From a virus (taxonomy: Duplodnaviria > Caudoviricetes), in the IMG/VR virus record IMGVR_UViG_3300003324_000282, positions 1 through 55,920 of that record: a DNA stretch of 55,920 bases. One strand, 5' to 3'. Under the pieces are notes generated by a model. The model was given only the letters and a program-made list of their open reading frames with translations, had not been told where the DNA came from and searched no databases. Of this stretch, positions 26,926 to 33,821 are shown piece by piece (position 1 is the first letter of the stretch; every line of letters begins with the position of its first letter). The translations under genes were made by a program, and so were the position numbers.

Positions 26926-27165
26926 ATGGCAATTGGTGATGATGCTCTTGCTGCCGGATTTCCGTTAGTACCAGATACGGGGGAAGAAGGCCGAATTCGC
27001 TGGGGTGGGCGAGAGATGAACCGAACACGAGACTTAATTGCTCAAGTGTTTGCTCTTATTCCTGTCGGCAAATCGGCATATCGTGCAGCATCGGGAATTT
27101 CTTCAGGTACTGATGATCCAGCTGGTGGTAATGACGGAGACATTTACTTTAAGATTCTTGGTTAG
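26926..27165 (+). CDS. Small minor tail protein
   Basis: RBS AAGGAGG; C-terminal SGT.DP.GG.DGDIYFK motif typical of tail proteins. Confidence 0.65.
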   Translation: MAIGDDALAAGFPLVPDTGEEGRIRWGGREMNRTRDLIAQVFALIPVGKSAYRAASGISSGTDDPAGGNDGDIYFKILG

Positions 27166-27168
27166 CTT

Positions 27169-27627
27169 ATGAATGAATATGTTTTTAATATAGGCACTGC
27201 GGGTCAAGTAAAAATTCAAGAAGATCCAGTGGCTCATAGTGTTGTCAGCTGGATCAAAGGTCCAGGTATTGAAATACCAGTAGGATATTGGTCGTATGTT
27301 GTTTATGATTCTGATGGTAATGATGTTATTGTCAGTAATCTTAAATCTTTTCATCTTTTAGCCAATACAGATTGGCAACGTTTAGGATATGTATATGTTG
27401 GATTGAATGCTAGTTTCCTGCTTGGAATCGGTGGTACTGATACTGCTGAAATGGGTAGTGGAGAAACATTTACTATTCCTTTATTAGGGAATCCTGATAT
27501 TCATTTTGTTTCTATTAAAGTTGGGGATAAATATAAAAAGGCGGTTCCATATGTTAATGTTGATGGTGTTTGGAAAACCGCAAAAGCTTTGATTATGTCT
27601 AATAGCGAATGGAAGGAAGTTACTTAG
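27169..27627 (+). CDS. Minor tail protein
   Basis: Beta-rich; C-terminal IKVG..YK.A.PYVNVDGVWK motif. Confidence 0.6.
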   Translation: MNEYVFNIGTAGQVKIQEDPVAHSVVSWIKGPGIEIPVGYWSYVVYDSDGNDVIVSNLKSFHLLANTDWQRLGYVYVGLNASFLLGIGGTDTAEMGSGETFTIPLLGNPDIHFVSIKVGDKYKKAVPYVNVDGVWKTAKALIMSNSEWKEVT

Positions 27628-27639
27628 AAAGGAGGTCTC

Positions 27640-27831
27640 GTGCGGCTCATTGGCGGTAAATCGGGATTCAAAACATTTCGAGACCTTGCTTTCTTTGTTG
27701 CTGGGTTGACTATTTGTTTCTACCATATTTTCACCACGCCGGCAAAAGATCTGTCACTCAAGTTGTTGGTGTTTGGTGGAAGTATAGCTGGCGCTCCAGT
27801 CGCGTTTCGGCAAGATGAGAAGAAGGAGTAG
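27640..27831 (+). CDS. Small two-TM membrane protein
   Basis: RBS AAGGAGG; two hydrophobic segments. Confidence 0.7.
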   Translation: MRLIGGKSGFKTFRDLAFFVAGLTICFYHIFTTPAKDLSLKLLVFGGSIAGAPVAFRQDEKKE

Positions 27832-27833
27832 CT

Positions 27834-27935
27834 ATGAAGCATCATATTCTCAAGCGTAAATACTTGCTGTCGTATATTGCTGTAATCGTGACGGTAGAGC
27901 TAGGTATTCAGATTGGACAATCTCTTGCCTCCTAG
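27834..27935 (+). CDS. 33-aa single-TM protein (not in ORF track)
   Basis: AAGGAG at 27823-27828; MKHHILKRKYLLSYIAVIVTVELGIQIGQSLAS. Confidence 0.55.
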   Translation: MKHHILKRKYLLSYIAVIVTVELGIQIGQSLAS

Positions 27936-28515
27936 AAAGAAAGAGAATTCGGCTGTCCCAGCAGACGTCGTAGAAGTTGACCCAAGCTTGATACCTATTC
28001 CAGCTGCTATTGTCGAAGATAAGCGAAACACATTAGGCAAAAGACTAGGCGCGTTTGCCATTATTATCCTTCTGTTGTTCTTTGCTATTGGTGGTTATAT
28101 TTCATCAGCACAAAACAATAGCCTGTTACATAGAGCGGCAAAAGATCGAACGGCGCTTATCGATGGTGAACATAAGCTGGTCAAGTCGAATCAAAGACTA
28201 GTCAAGTCGAACAAAGCACAGTCTGATCTAATTCGTAAGCTTCAGCAAGCAATTCGAGAGCAAAACAAAATTCTTAGAGAGGCGGGGTTAGAGACTGTAC
28301 CAGTTCCTAGTAAAAGTCCGTCTACGAGCTCCTCAGGGCCGTCTAGCAACCCTTCTCATAACCCCCAACCTAAGCCAAAACCTAGTCATTCGCCACATCC
28401 TCACCCACATCCGACACATTCACCCCCTCCACCCGATGCAATTCAAAAGGTGCGAGACCGAGTCTGTAATCTAACAGGGATCTGCGTCAATATATCGCAG
28501 TTCTTTAGATTTTAA
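27913..28515 (+). CDS. Membrane-anchored coiled-coil, Pro/Ser/His-rich protein
   Basis: One TM, coiled coil, long Pro-rich linker, terminal Cys pair; adjacent to holin; start uncertain. Confidence 0.65.
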   Translation: MDNLLPPRKKENSAVPADVVEVDPSLIPIPAAIVEDKRNTLGKRLGAFAIIILLLFFAIGGYISSAQNNSLLHRAAKDRTALIDGEHKLVKSNQRLVKSNKAQSDLIRKLQQAIREQNKILREAGLETVPVPSKSPSTSSSGPSSNPSHNPQPKPKPSHSPHPHPHPTHSPPPPDAIQKVRDRVCNLTGICVNISQFFRF

Positions 28516-28524
28516 GGAGAAAAC

Positions 28525-28908
28525 ATGTTGCTGCTTACTGGTAAAAGCTATGACGCGGCTAAGTACGTCGCACAGGTAGTTCTTCCGGCCATCGCTACAT
28601 TATATTTTGCTATTGACCAAATTTGGGGTCTTGGACAAGCAGAGAAGGTTGTTGGAACTATTGTTGCCATTGACACTTTCCTGGGTGTGGTATTGCATCT
28701 TAGTTCGACTGCTTATAACAACAGCGATGCTAAGTACGACGGCACCGTCCAAGTAACAGATACTGGCGAGAAAAAGAGCTTCAACTTTATTGTCAATGGT
28801 AATCCATATGATCTTGACGAGAAAGACGAAGTTACTTTAAAGGTCGCAAAGGTATCGACGCCGCAGACTACCAAGAAAGCAGCAACTAAGAAGAAAACTA
28901 ACTCCTAA
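28525..28908 (+). CDS. Holin (Dp-1-like)
   Basis: YD..KY.A..VLPA.ATLY..I..IWG......V.GTI.AIDTFLG..L..SS; two TMs and basic tail. Confidence 0.85.
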   Translation: MLLLTGKSYDAAKYVAQVVLPAIATLYFAIDQIWGLGQAEKVVGTIVAIDTFLGVVLHLSSTAYNNSDAKYDGTVQVTDTGEKKSFNFIVNGNPYDLDEKDEVTLKVAKVSTPQTTKKAATKKKTNS

Positions 28909-28915
28909 TTTAGGG

Positions 28916-28947
28916 TCGCAGGTAATACATCTCATATAATGAGACCC
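28916..28947 (+). promoter_or_regulatory. Phage promoter motif P1
   Basis: TCGCA-ggtaa-TAC-atctca-TATAAT-GAGACCC. Confidence 0.8.
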
Positions 28948-28963
28948 TAAAGAAGGAGAACAC

Positions 28964-29245
28964 ATGTTCGAAGTGAGAAAGTCAGCAAACGATGCTGGAC
29001 TTAAGAAAGCCATCGAGACTGTGTACTCTGAAATGGCCGGATCAGAAAGTTATACCGAAGAATATTCTAAATCGGTTGACCAGTTAACTAAGCTATACGC
29101 GTTGAAGGAACCACCTAGACGAGTTAGCCCAGATACACTGGCAATCGTGATTGGTAATATTCTTGGTATCATTCTGATTGTCGGTCATGAAAGAGCACAT
29201 ATCGTGACTTCGAAAGCTCTGCAATTCGTGCTGAAATCACGATGA
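28964..29245 (+). CDS. Cassette-encoded membrane protein
   Basis: Own promoter, RBS AAGGAG, C-terminal TM. Confidence 0.8.
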   Translation: MFEVRKSANDAGLKKAIETVYSEMAGSESYTEEYSKSVDQLTKLYALKEPPRRVSPDTLAIVIGNILGIILIVGHERAHIVTSKALQFVLKSR

Positions 29246-29265
29246 ACATTCTGTCCTGAAAGGAG

Positions 29266-29325
29266 GCTCGAAAGCGTAGAAGCTGTGTAAGAACAAATTA
29301 CATGGCTTCTACGTTTTCGGGTTTT
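29266..29325 (+). terminator. Intrinsic terminator (25-bp stem with G-U pairs)
   Basis: GCTCGAAAGCGTAGAAGCTGTGTAA / TTACATGGCTTCTACGTTTTCGGGT followed by T-run. Confidence 0.8.
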
Positions 29326-29351
29326 CTACATAGATTTTATATTTTTGCCTA

Positions 29352-29382
29352 TCGCAAAAGATACTTGGGCTTTAATGAAACC
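29352..29382 (+). promoter_or_regulatory. Phage promoter motif P2
   Basis: TCGCA-aaaga-TAC-ttgggc-TTTAAT-GAAACC. Confidence 0.7.
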
Positions 29383-29486
29383 AAACTACACCCAAACCGC
29401 AAGACCCCCTCCATACCGCGGAACCGCACTTCCCGGCTGCCTTGTGTACCTAACCCTCCGCCCACCAGGATTAGGTTTTTGTTTTT
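29377..29486 (+). ncRNA. Candidate C-rich small RNA
   Basis: Between P2 and terminator ACCTAACCCT..AGGATTAGGT-TTTTGTTTTT; no RBS; two CCCTCC motifs. Confidence 0.5.
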
Positions 29487-29522
29487 GAAAAATTACCCCT
29501 GGAGGAAAATTTGGAAAAAGTC

Positions 29523-29555
29523 TCGCAAAATTTACGTGGCTTATAACGAGACCCC
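29523..29555 (+). promoter_or_regulatory. Phage promoter motif P3
   Basis: TCGCA-aaatt-TAC-gtggct-TATAAC-GAGACCCC. Confidence 0.8.
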
Positions 29556-29575
29556 TACTATCTAAGGAGACCCAA

Positions 29576-29764
29576 ATGTCAGACACACTGAAAGATGAAT
29601 TCGCCGACAACTTTGGCAAGTACCTTGCAAAGACCCTCGCAGCAAGTACTGTTACCACAACAGGCATTGTGCTGGGAATGGCCACTGCAGGTTACATTAT
29701 CACTGTTGTCAAGAAATTCAACAAGAAGCGCGAAGATATGAAAAATCCCCATCTTAGTGACTGA
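29576..29764 (+). CDS. Cassette-encoded small membrane protein
   Basis: Own promoter, RBS TAAGGAG, one TM. Confidence 0.8.
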   Translation: MSDTLKDEFADNFGKYLAKTLAASTVTTTGIVLGMATAGYIITVVKKFNKKREDMKNPHLSD

Positions 29765-29769
29765 TCTCA

Positions 29770-29801
29770 AAGCTCAGAGTCCCACACGGACTTTGAGTTT
29801 T
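29770..29801 (+). terminator. Intrinsic terminator
   Basis: GCTCAGAGTCC-cacac-GGACTTTGAGT-TTT. Confidence 0.8.
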
Positions 29802-29833
29802 CGCAGATTTTACATCTCTTATAATGAGACCCC
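29801..29833 (+). promoter_or_regulatory. Phage promoter motif P4
   Basis: TCGCA-gattt-TAC-atctct-TATAAT-GAGACCCC. Confidence 0.8.
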
Positions 29834-29858
29834 CTCACCATCTATCTAAAGGAGAAAG

Positions 29859-30068
29859 ATGAACGAGCTCAAGCAAGAGACGCCCTCAACTCCTCGTCGA
29901 GTGAAGAACTTTGTGCAGAAGCATAAGGTCGCTATCACCGTTGTTGTCACCAGTACTGTCTGGATCTACATCAACCGTAGCGCCCTGAAGCAGCATAACG
30001 ACTTCCTCAAGGAGAAGGGACTCTACGACGAGTTCTACACACCCACTGATGAAGAAATGGGCGAGTAA
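29859..30068 (+). CDS. Cassette-encoded small membrane protein
   Basis: Own promoter, RBS AAAGGAG, one TM. Confidence 0.8.
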   Translation: MNELKQETPSTPRRVKNFVQKHKVAITVVVTSTVWIYINRSALKQHNDFLKEKGLYDEFYTPTDEEMGE

Positions 30069-30076
30069 CTCTCACA

Positions 30077-30114
30077 AGACTAGGACCCCTAACACGGGTT
30101 CTAGTTTTTTCTTT
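30077..30114 (+). terminator. Intrinsic terminator
   Basis: GACTAGGACCC-ctaacac-GGGTTCTAGTT-TTTT. Confidence 0.8.
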
Positions 30115-30115
30115 C

Positions 30116-30148
30116 TCGCATTTTTTACACTCATTATAACGAGACCCC
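30116..30148 (+). promoter_or_regulatory. Phage promoter motif P5
   Basis: TCGCA-ttttt-TAC-actcat-TATAAC-GAGACCCC. Confidence 0.8.
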
Positions 30149-30165
30149 TACTATAAGGAGAAGAA

Positions 30166-30426
30166 ATGTCCACCAAGAACAAGATCATCCTGTCTACCGT
30201 AATCGTCACCGCAGCTGGTGCACTTGCTTACTGGTTCAGTATTCTTGGTTCCGAGATTGCACTGTTCGAGCGCTTTCCCGACATCGACCCAAAGATCGTC
30301 GTGAAGGCACATCGAAAGTTCATTCGAGAAACCCTAAAAGGAACCTATAAGGATCGCGTCATCGTTACTGACGAAGACCACGACAAGGTATTTCTTGAAA
30401 TTGTGGAAGCTCTAACCACAAAGTAA
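30166..30426 (+). CDS. Cassette-encoded protein with N-terminal TM
   Basis: Own promoter, RBS TAAGGAG. Confidence 0.8.
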   Translation: MSTKNKIILSTVIVTAAGALAYWFSILGSEIALFERFPDIDPKIVVKAHRKFIRETLKGTYKDRVIVTDEDHDKVFLEIVEALTTK

Positions 30427-30433
30427 ACTCTTA

Positions 30434-30476
30434 AAAGGCTAAGTACCCTTACAAGGTACTTGGTCTTTGTGTTTTT
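30434..30476 (+). terminator. Intrinsic terminator
   Basis: AAAGGCTAAGTACC-cttacaa-GGTACTTGGTCTTT-GTGTTTTT. Confidence 0.75.
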
Positions 30477-30560
30477 GGTATAGGATCATATCAAGAACTA
30501 TATTCTAGTCGCTCTCCGTTGATGTCAGAGTCACTAATTCCTATAGGAATTATACTTTTT

Positions 30561-30633
30561 GCCCTACTAGCCCAATGGCAGAGGCAGAAGACTTAAAATC
30601 TTCCAAGTGTGGGTTCGAGTCCCACGTAGGGCA
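30561..30633 (+). tRNA. tRNA-Leu (anticodon TAA), short variable loop, CCA not encoded
   Basis: Acceptor GCCCTAC/GTAGGGC, D loop with TGG, anticodon arm GAAGA-CTTAAAA-TCTTC, T arm GTGGG-TTCGAGT-CCCAC, discriminator A. Confidence 0.9.
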
Positions 30634-30636
30634 CAA

Positions 30637-30669
30637 TCGCAAAAATTGCACGGCTTATAATGAGACCCC
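30637..30669 (+). promoter_or_regulatory. Phage promoter motif P6
   Basis: TCGCA-aaaat-TGC-acggct-TATAAT-GAGACCCC. Confidence 0.8.
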
Positions 30670-30688
30670 TACTATGAAAGGAAATGTC

Positions 30689-30883
30689 ATGAAAGAAGAC
30701 GCCAAACGATTTTACAACAAACTCAAGGCGCAAGCTCAAGAGAACCCTATGGCCGCCATCGTCATTGCCACCCTCGTTATTACCGCAACGAGCAAGCTGA
30801 TCGATGCTAACACCAGAAGGTCGAACGCTCGCGCTTGGGAAAAGGAAGTCGACCGTCGTCGTATTCAGTCATCCCGCAAGTAA
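30689..30883 (+). CDS. Cassette-encoded small membrane protein
   Basis: Own promoter, RBS GAAAGGA, one hydrophobic helix. Confidence 0.8.
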   Translation: MKEDAKRFYNKLKAQAQENPMAAIVIATLVITATSKLIDANTRRSNARAWEKEVDRRRIQSSRK

Positions 30884-30888
30884 CTCTC

Positions 30889-30925
30889 AAGCCTAGAGCC
30901 CTGCAAGGGTTTTAGGTTTTTCTTT
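30889..30925 (+). terminator. Intrinsic terminator
   Basis: AAGCCTAGAGCCC-tgcaa-GGGTTTTAGGTTT-TTCTTT. Confidence 0.8.
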
Positions 30926-30934
30926 GGAGGAGAC

Positions 30935-31039
30935 ATGAAGGTATCAGATAAGCAGTGTCCAAACATTGAACCAGAACCGCATCTTCTTGGCGAGTTTCCA
31001 ATGAGCTGTTATCAATGTCATATTTATGCTGACTCCTAG
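30935..31039 (+). CDS. 34-aa Cys/His mini-protein (not in ORF track)
   Basis: RBS GGAGGAG; MKVSDKQCPNIEPEPHLLGEFPMSCYQCHIYADS. Confidence 0.6.
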   Translation: MKVSDKQCPNIEPEPHLLGEFPMSCYQCHIYADS

Positions 31040-31042
31040 GGG

Positions 31043-31073
31043 TCGCATAAATTACATGGATCTTAATGAGAAG
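31043..31073 (+). promoter_or_regulatory. Phage promoter motif P7
   Basis: TCGCA-taaat-TAC-atggat-CTTAAT-GAGAAG. Confidence 0.7.
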
Positions 31074-31136
31074 AGACTTCATGTCTGTCCGAACCCTTGA
31101 ACGGGATACGGTTAACTTCTCCTATCTTTTTATTTT
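31068..31136 (+). ncRNA. Candidate small three-way-junction RNA or structured leader
   Basis: GAGAAG/CTTCTC closing stem, AGAC/GTCT and CCG..CCC/GGG..CGG hairpins, then T-rich tail; no ORF. Confidence 0.5.
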
Positions 31137-31169
31137 CGCCCATTCGGGCCACTATCGAAAGGAACTGAA

Positions 31170-31400
31170 ATGAGTGCTGACAATGGTTACATTCTTCGCA
31201 AGAACAAAGCGGGTAAGTACGCTTTGCAGCACTACTTCGCGAGTGCAGACGAACTACCTAATGTTGAGAAAGCAACAAAGGTCTTCGATACGGTCGAGGA
31301 AGCCATCCTGCACTACAACGCGCTTGAAAATGAAGCATCCCCATATGCCTCTGAGTATGGTCTCAGTGTGCAACTTATCGAAAGGAAAGACAATGCCTAA
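31170..31400 (+). CDS. Hypothetical protein
   Basis: RBS GAAAGGA. Confidence 0.7.
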   Translation: MSADNGYILRKNKAGKYALQHYFASADELPNVEKATKVFDTVEEAILHYNALENEASPYASEYGLSVQLIERKDNA

Positions 31401-31506
31401 GAAGTATGGTCTCGCTCGCTTTTTGTTTGACTTTTTCATGATCACTATCACGGGAGGTTTGTGGTTGCTCTGGATCGTCCTTAAATTCCTTCGGAAGAAT
31501 TCCTGA
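31393..31506 (+). CDS. Small membrane protein
   Basis: RBS GAAAGGA; FDFFM...TGGLWLLWI motif. Confidence 0.7.
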   Translation: MPKKYGLARFLFDFFMITITGGLWLLWIVLKFLRKNS

Positions 31507-31516
31507 GAGGATCAAA

Positions 31517-31687
31517 ATGGCACTGTTCTTCATCATCCTGGTATTCATGATTCTTATATTTTTGATCGCTGCTATTAGAGATGGCGTATCACTATTCGGT
31601 GATTGGAGACACCGCCACCAGGACGAACTAAAAACAGTAAATGGTTGGGACAAATTTCGTAACTTTGGGGAGGAGAACCGTAAGTGA
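31517..31687 (+). CDS. Small membrane protein (not in ORF track)
   Basis: RBS GAGAGG; N-terminal TM; GTGA overlap with next gene. Confidence 0.6.
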   Translation: MALFFIILVFMILIFLIAAIRDGVSLFGDWRHRHQDELKTVNGWDKFRNFGEENRK

Positions 31688-32487
31688 CCTCAACTAAATT
31701 GCTGAAGATGGCTGAGAAACTAATCGTGGATAATGCACCTACGATTCTAACTGGTATTGGTGTGGTAGGCACTGCTACTACTGCATATTTGACTGGTAAA
31801 GCCACCTTCAAGGCAGCAAAATTGATTGAGAAAGAGTCATTCAAGACAAAGATTCAAACACCAGCTGTACCGGGTCGACTACCTGATGAAGATCCTCTCA
31901 GTAACGTAGAGAAAGTTAAAATTGTCTGGAAAGTTTATGTTCTTCCAGCTGCTGTGGGTGTAGGTACAATCGCAGCGATTTTCTATGCTAATCGAATCAA
32001 CACAAAGCGAGCAGCAGCATTGGCAGCAGCATATGCCATCTCACAGGACAAGTTCTCAGACTACAAAGACAAAGTAGCTGATAAGCTTGGTGTGAAGAAG
32101 GAACAAGCTATTAAGGACGAGCTTGCACAAGATCAAGTAAACAAGAATCCGCCAAGTGGCGATTTGGTCATTGTTGGCAATGGTACCGTTCTTTGTAGAG
32201 ACGAATTTACTGGACGATATTTCCGTAGTTCTGTCGAAGCCATCAAACGAGCCGAAAATGAGATTAACTTCGAGATCATCAATAGCGGTTATGCAACTGT
32301 TAGTGACTTTTACGAACGAATCGGTTTGAAACCAACTTCGGTATCTGAACAATTTGGTTGGAATGTTCCTACCCGAAAGTTGGAGCTTGCTTGGACGGCA
32401 ATTATTACTCCAGACGACGAACCCTGTATGGCTTTTGACTTCAACGCATATCCTCTAAACCCGTATGGGATTTGTGCAGCGGAATAA
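31684..32487 (+). CDS. DUF6353-like protein
   Basis: PTILTGIGVVG..TA.L..KAT..A; RAAALAAAY; GRYF.S; GW near C-terminus; paralogue of 34611. Confidence 0.65.
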   Translation: MTSTKLLKMAEKLIVDNAPTILTGIGVVGTATTAYLTGKATFKAAKLIEKESFKTKIQTPAVPGRLPDEDPLSNVEKVKIVWKVYVLPAAVGVGTIAAIFYANRINTKRAAALAAAYAISQDKFSDYKDKVADKLGVKKEQAIKDELAQDQVNKNPPSGDLVIVGNGTVLCRDEFTGRYFRSSVEAIKRAENEINFEIINSGYATVSDFYERIGLKPTSVSEQFGWNVPTRKLELAWTAIITPDDEPCMAFDFNAYPLNPYGICAAE

Positions 32488-32498
32488 TTGATACAAAT

Positions 32499-32531
32499 TC
32501 GCATAAAATACATGGGTCATAATGAGACCCC
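32499..32531 (+). promoter_or_regulatory. Phage promoter motif P8
   Basis: TCGCA-taaaa-TAC-atgggt-CATAAT-GAGACCCC. Confidence 0.8.
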
Positions 32532-32551
32532 CATCTACCGAAAGGAACATC

Positions 32552-32722
32552 ATGTCCGAGCAGGTTACCCCGGTCGTCGAACTCCCCGTCACCACCTCCG
32601 CCCTCAAGCGTTGGTCAAAGCGCGCGGTTGTCGCTGCAGTTGCAGTTGGCGCCGCCGTTCTGGTCATCGCAAAGGTGCGAGGTAATAGCGAAGAGTCGGA
32701 CACCGACACCTCCCAGGCCTGA
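32552..32722 (+). CDS. Cassette-encoded small membrane protein
   Basis: Own promoter, RBS GAAAGGA, one TM. Confidence 0.8.
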   Translation: MSEQVTPVVELPVTTSALKRWSKRAVVAAVAVGAAVLVIAKVRGNSEESDTDTSQA

Positions 32723-32744
32723 TTCCACCAGGAACAAGGTCAAC

Positions 32745-32792
32745 AAGAGCAAGAGCTTTGTAGCAATACAAGGTTCTTGTTCTTTGCCTTTT
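32745..32792 (+). terminator. Intrinsic terminator (GNRA loop)
   Basis: AAGAGCAAGAGCTTTGTA-gcaa-TACAAGGTTCTTGTTCTT. Confidence 0.75.
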
Positions 32793-32812
32793 CATATTTA
32801 GAAAGGACAACT

Positions 32813-33343
32813 GTGCTTAAGAAGACAATCAAGTACAAGGATCTTGATGGGAATGATGTAGAGGATGACTTCTACTTCAATCTCAACAAGGCCGAGATCG
32901 CTGAACTTGAGCTTAGTAGAAAAGGTGGCTTGACCGCATATTTCCAGGCATTGATTGATGCAGATGAAGCTGGTCAAGTCGTTGCTATTTTCAAGGAGAT
33001 CCTTGAACGATCAATTGGTAAACGTTCAGCAGATGGTAAGCAATTCATTAAGAACCAAGAAATTCGTGACTCTTTCTTTCAGTCGGATGCATATTCTTCG
33101 TTGTTCATGGAATTCTTGGAGAATCCAACAGAAGAGATGGGTGCTGCGTTCATGCGCGGTATCGTGCCGGCAGATCTCGTTGATACTTTGCCACCTTTGA
33201 AGCCAAAGGGAACTACAGATGTTCAGTTGCCAAATAATGAACCAAATTGGCTCAAAGAAGGTCGAGTTCCAACAGCAGAAGAATTTGCCGCTGCTACGAC
33301 CGAACAGAAGCAAAAAGCTTTTCAAATGAAAACATCCCAGTAA
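32813..33343 (+). CDS. Conserved hypothetical, tail-assembly-chaperone-like
   Basis: RBS GAAAGGA; KKTIKY.D.DG....DFYFNL.KAEI..G.RS.DG..F.K pattern. Confidence 0.5.
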   Translation: MLKKTIKYKDLDGNDVEDDFYFNLNKAEIAELELSRKGGLTAYFQALIDADEAGQVVAIFKEILERSIGKRSADGKQFIKNQEIRDSFFQSDAYSSLFMEFLENPTEEMGAAFMRGIVPADLVDTLPPLKPKGTTDVQLPNNEPNWLKEGRVPTAEEFAAATTEQKQKAFQMKTSQ

Positions 33344-33366
33344 TCTATATTTTGAAAGGTATATCA

Positions 33367-33798
33367 ATGGAACTGACAGATGCTGAAAAGAATATTCAGG
33401 AAGAAGCTCGAAAAAAGCTTGCCGAAATCAAGGATCATCCCGAAATTATTGCAAAGGGTGCAATTAGTACCGTTGTAGGATGGGGTGTCAGTGCAGTTGT
33501 TGGACTTGCTCTTCACACCATTGTACCTAAGGATACTTTGACAAAAAAACAAAAGGTACAAATGACGGTTGCTGCTTGGGCAATTGGTGGTGCGGTAGCA
33601 CAGCGCGCAAGTAAGTGGGCTTCTGAAGAGTCACTTACAAGTGGGCTTCTGTGCGGTACCGTGCGAGGTATTTCTAAGCAATTCAATAAGACAGAAGAAA
33701 AGACAGAAGAAAAGTCAGACGAAACAGAAAAGAAGTCTGATGGTGATGTTGAAGAAATGCTTGATGAACCGGTTATTCCTGAAACAGACCCAAGTTAA
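33367..33798 (+). CDS. Hypothetical membrane protein
   Basis: RBS GAAAGG; two hydrophobic segments, acidic tail. Confidence 0.7.
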   Translation: MELTDAEKNIQEEARKKLAEIKDHPEIIAKGAISTVVGWGVSAVVGLALHTIVPKDTLTKKQKVQMTVAAWAIGGAVAQRASKWASEESLTSGLLCGTVRGISKQFNKTEEKTEEKSDETEKKSDGDVEEMLDEPVIPETDPS

Positions 33799-33821
33799 AA
33801 CATATTCTGATTGGACAAATT

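Noticed and set aside
29302-29565. 87-aa ORF
   Set aside because: Starts inside a terminator stem and runs through two promoters and a terminator; no RBS
30575-30688. N-terminal extension of the 30575-30883 ORF
   Set aside because: Overlaps the tRNA and promoter P6; the RBS supports ATG 30689
28916-32531. Repeated motif considered as a CRISPR array
   Set aside because: Repeats are gapped promoter-like motifs separated by genes of variable length (170-1450 bp), not constant repeats with 30-40 nt spacers; the Cas4-like gene is a stand-alone nuclease
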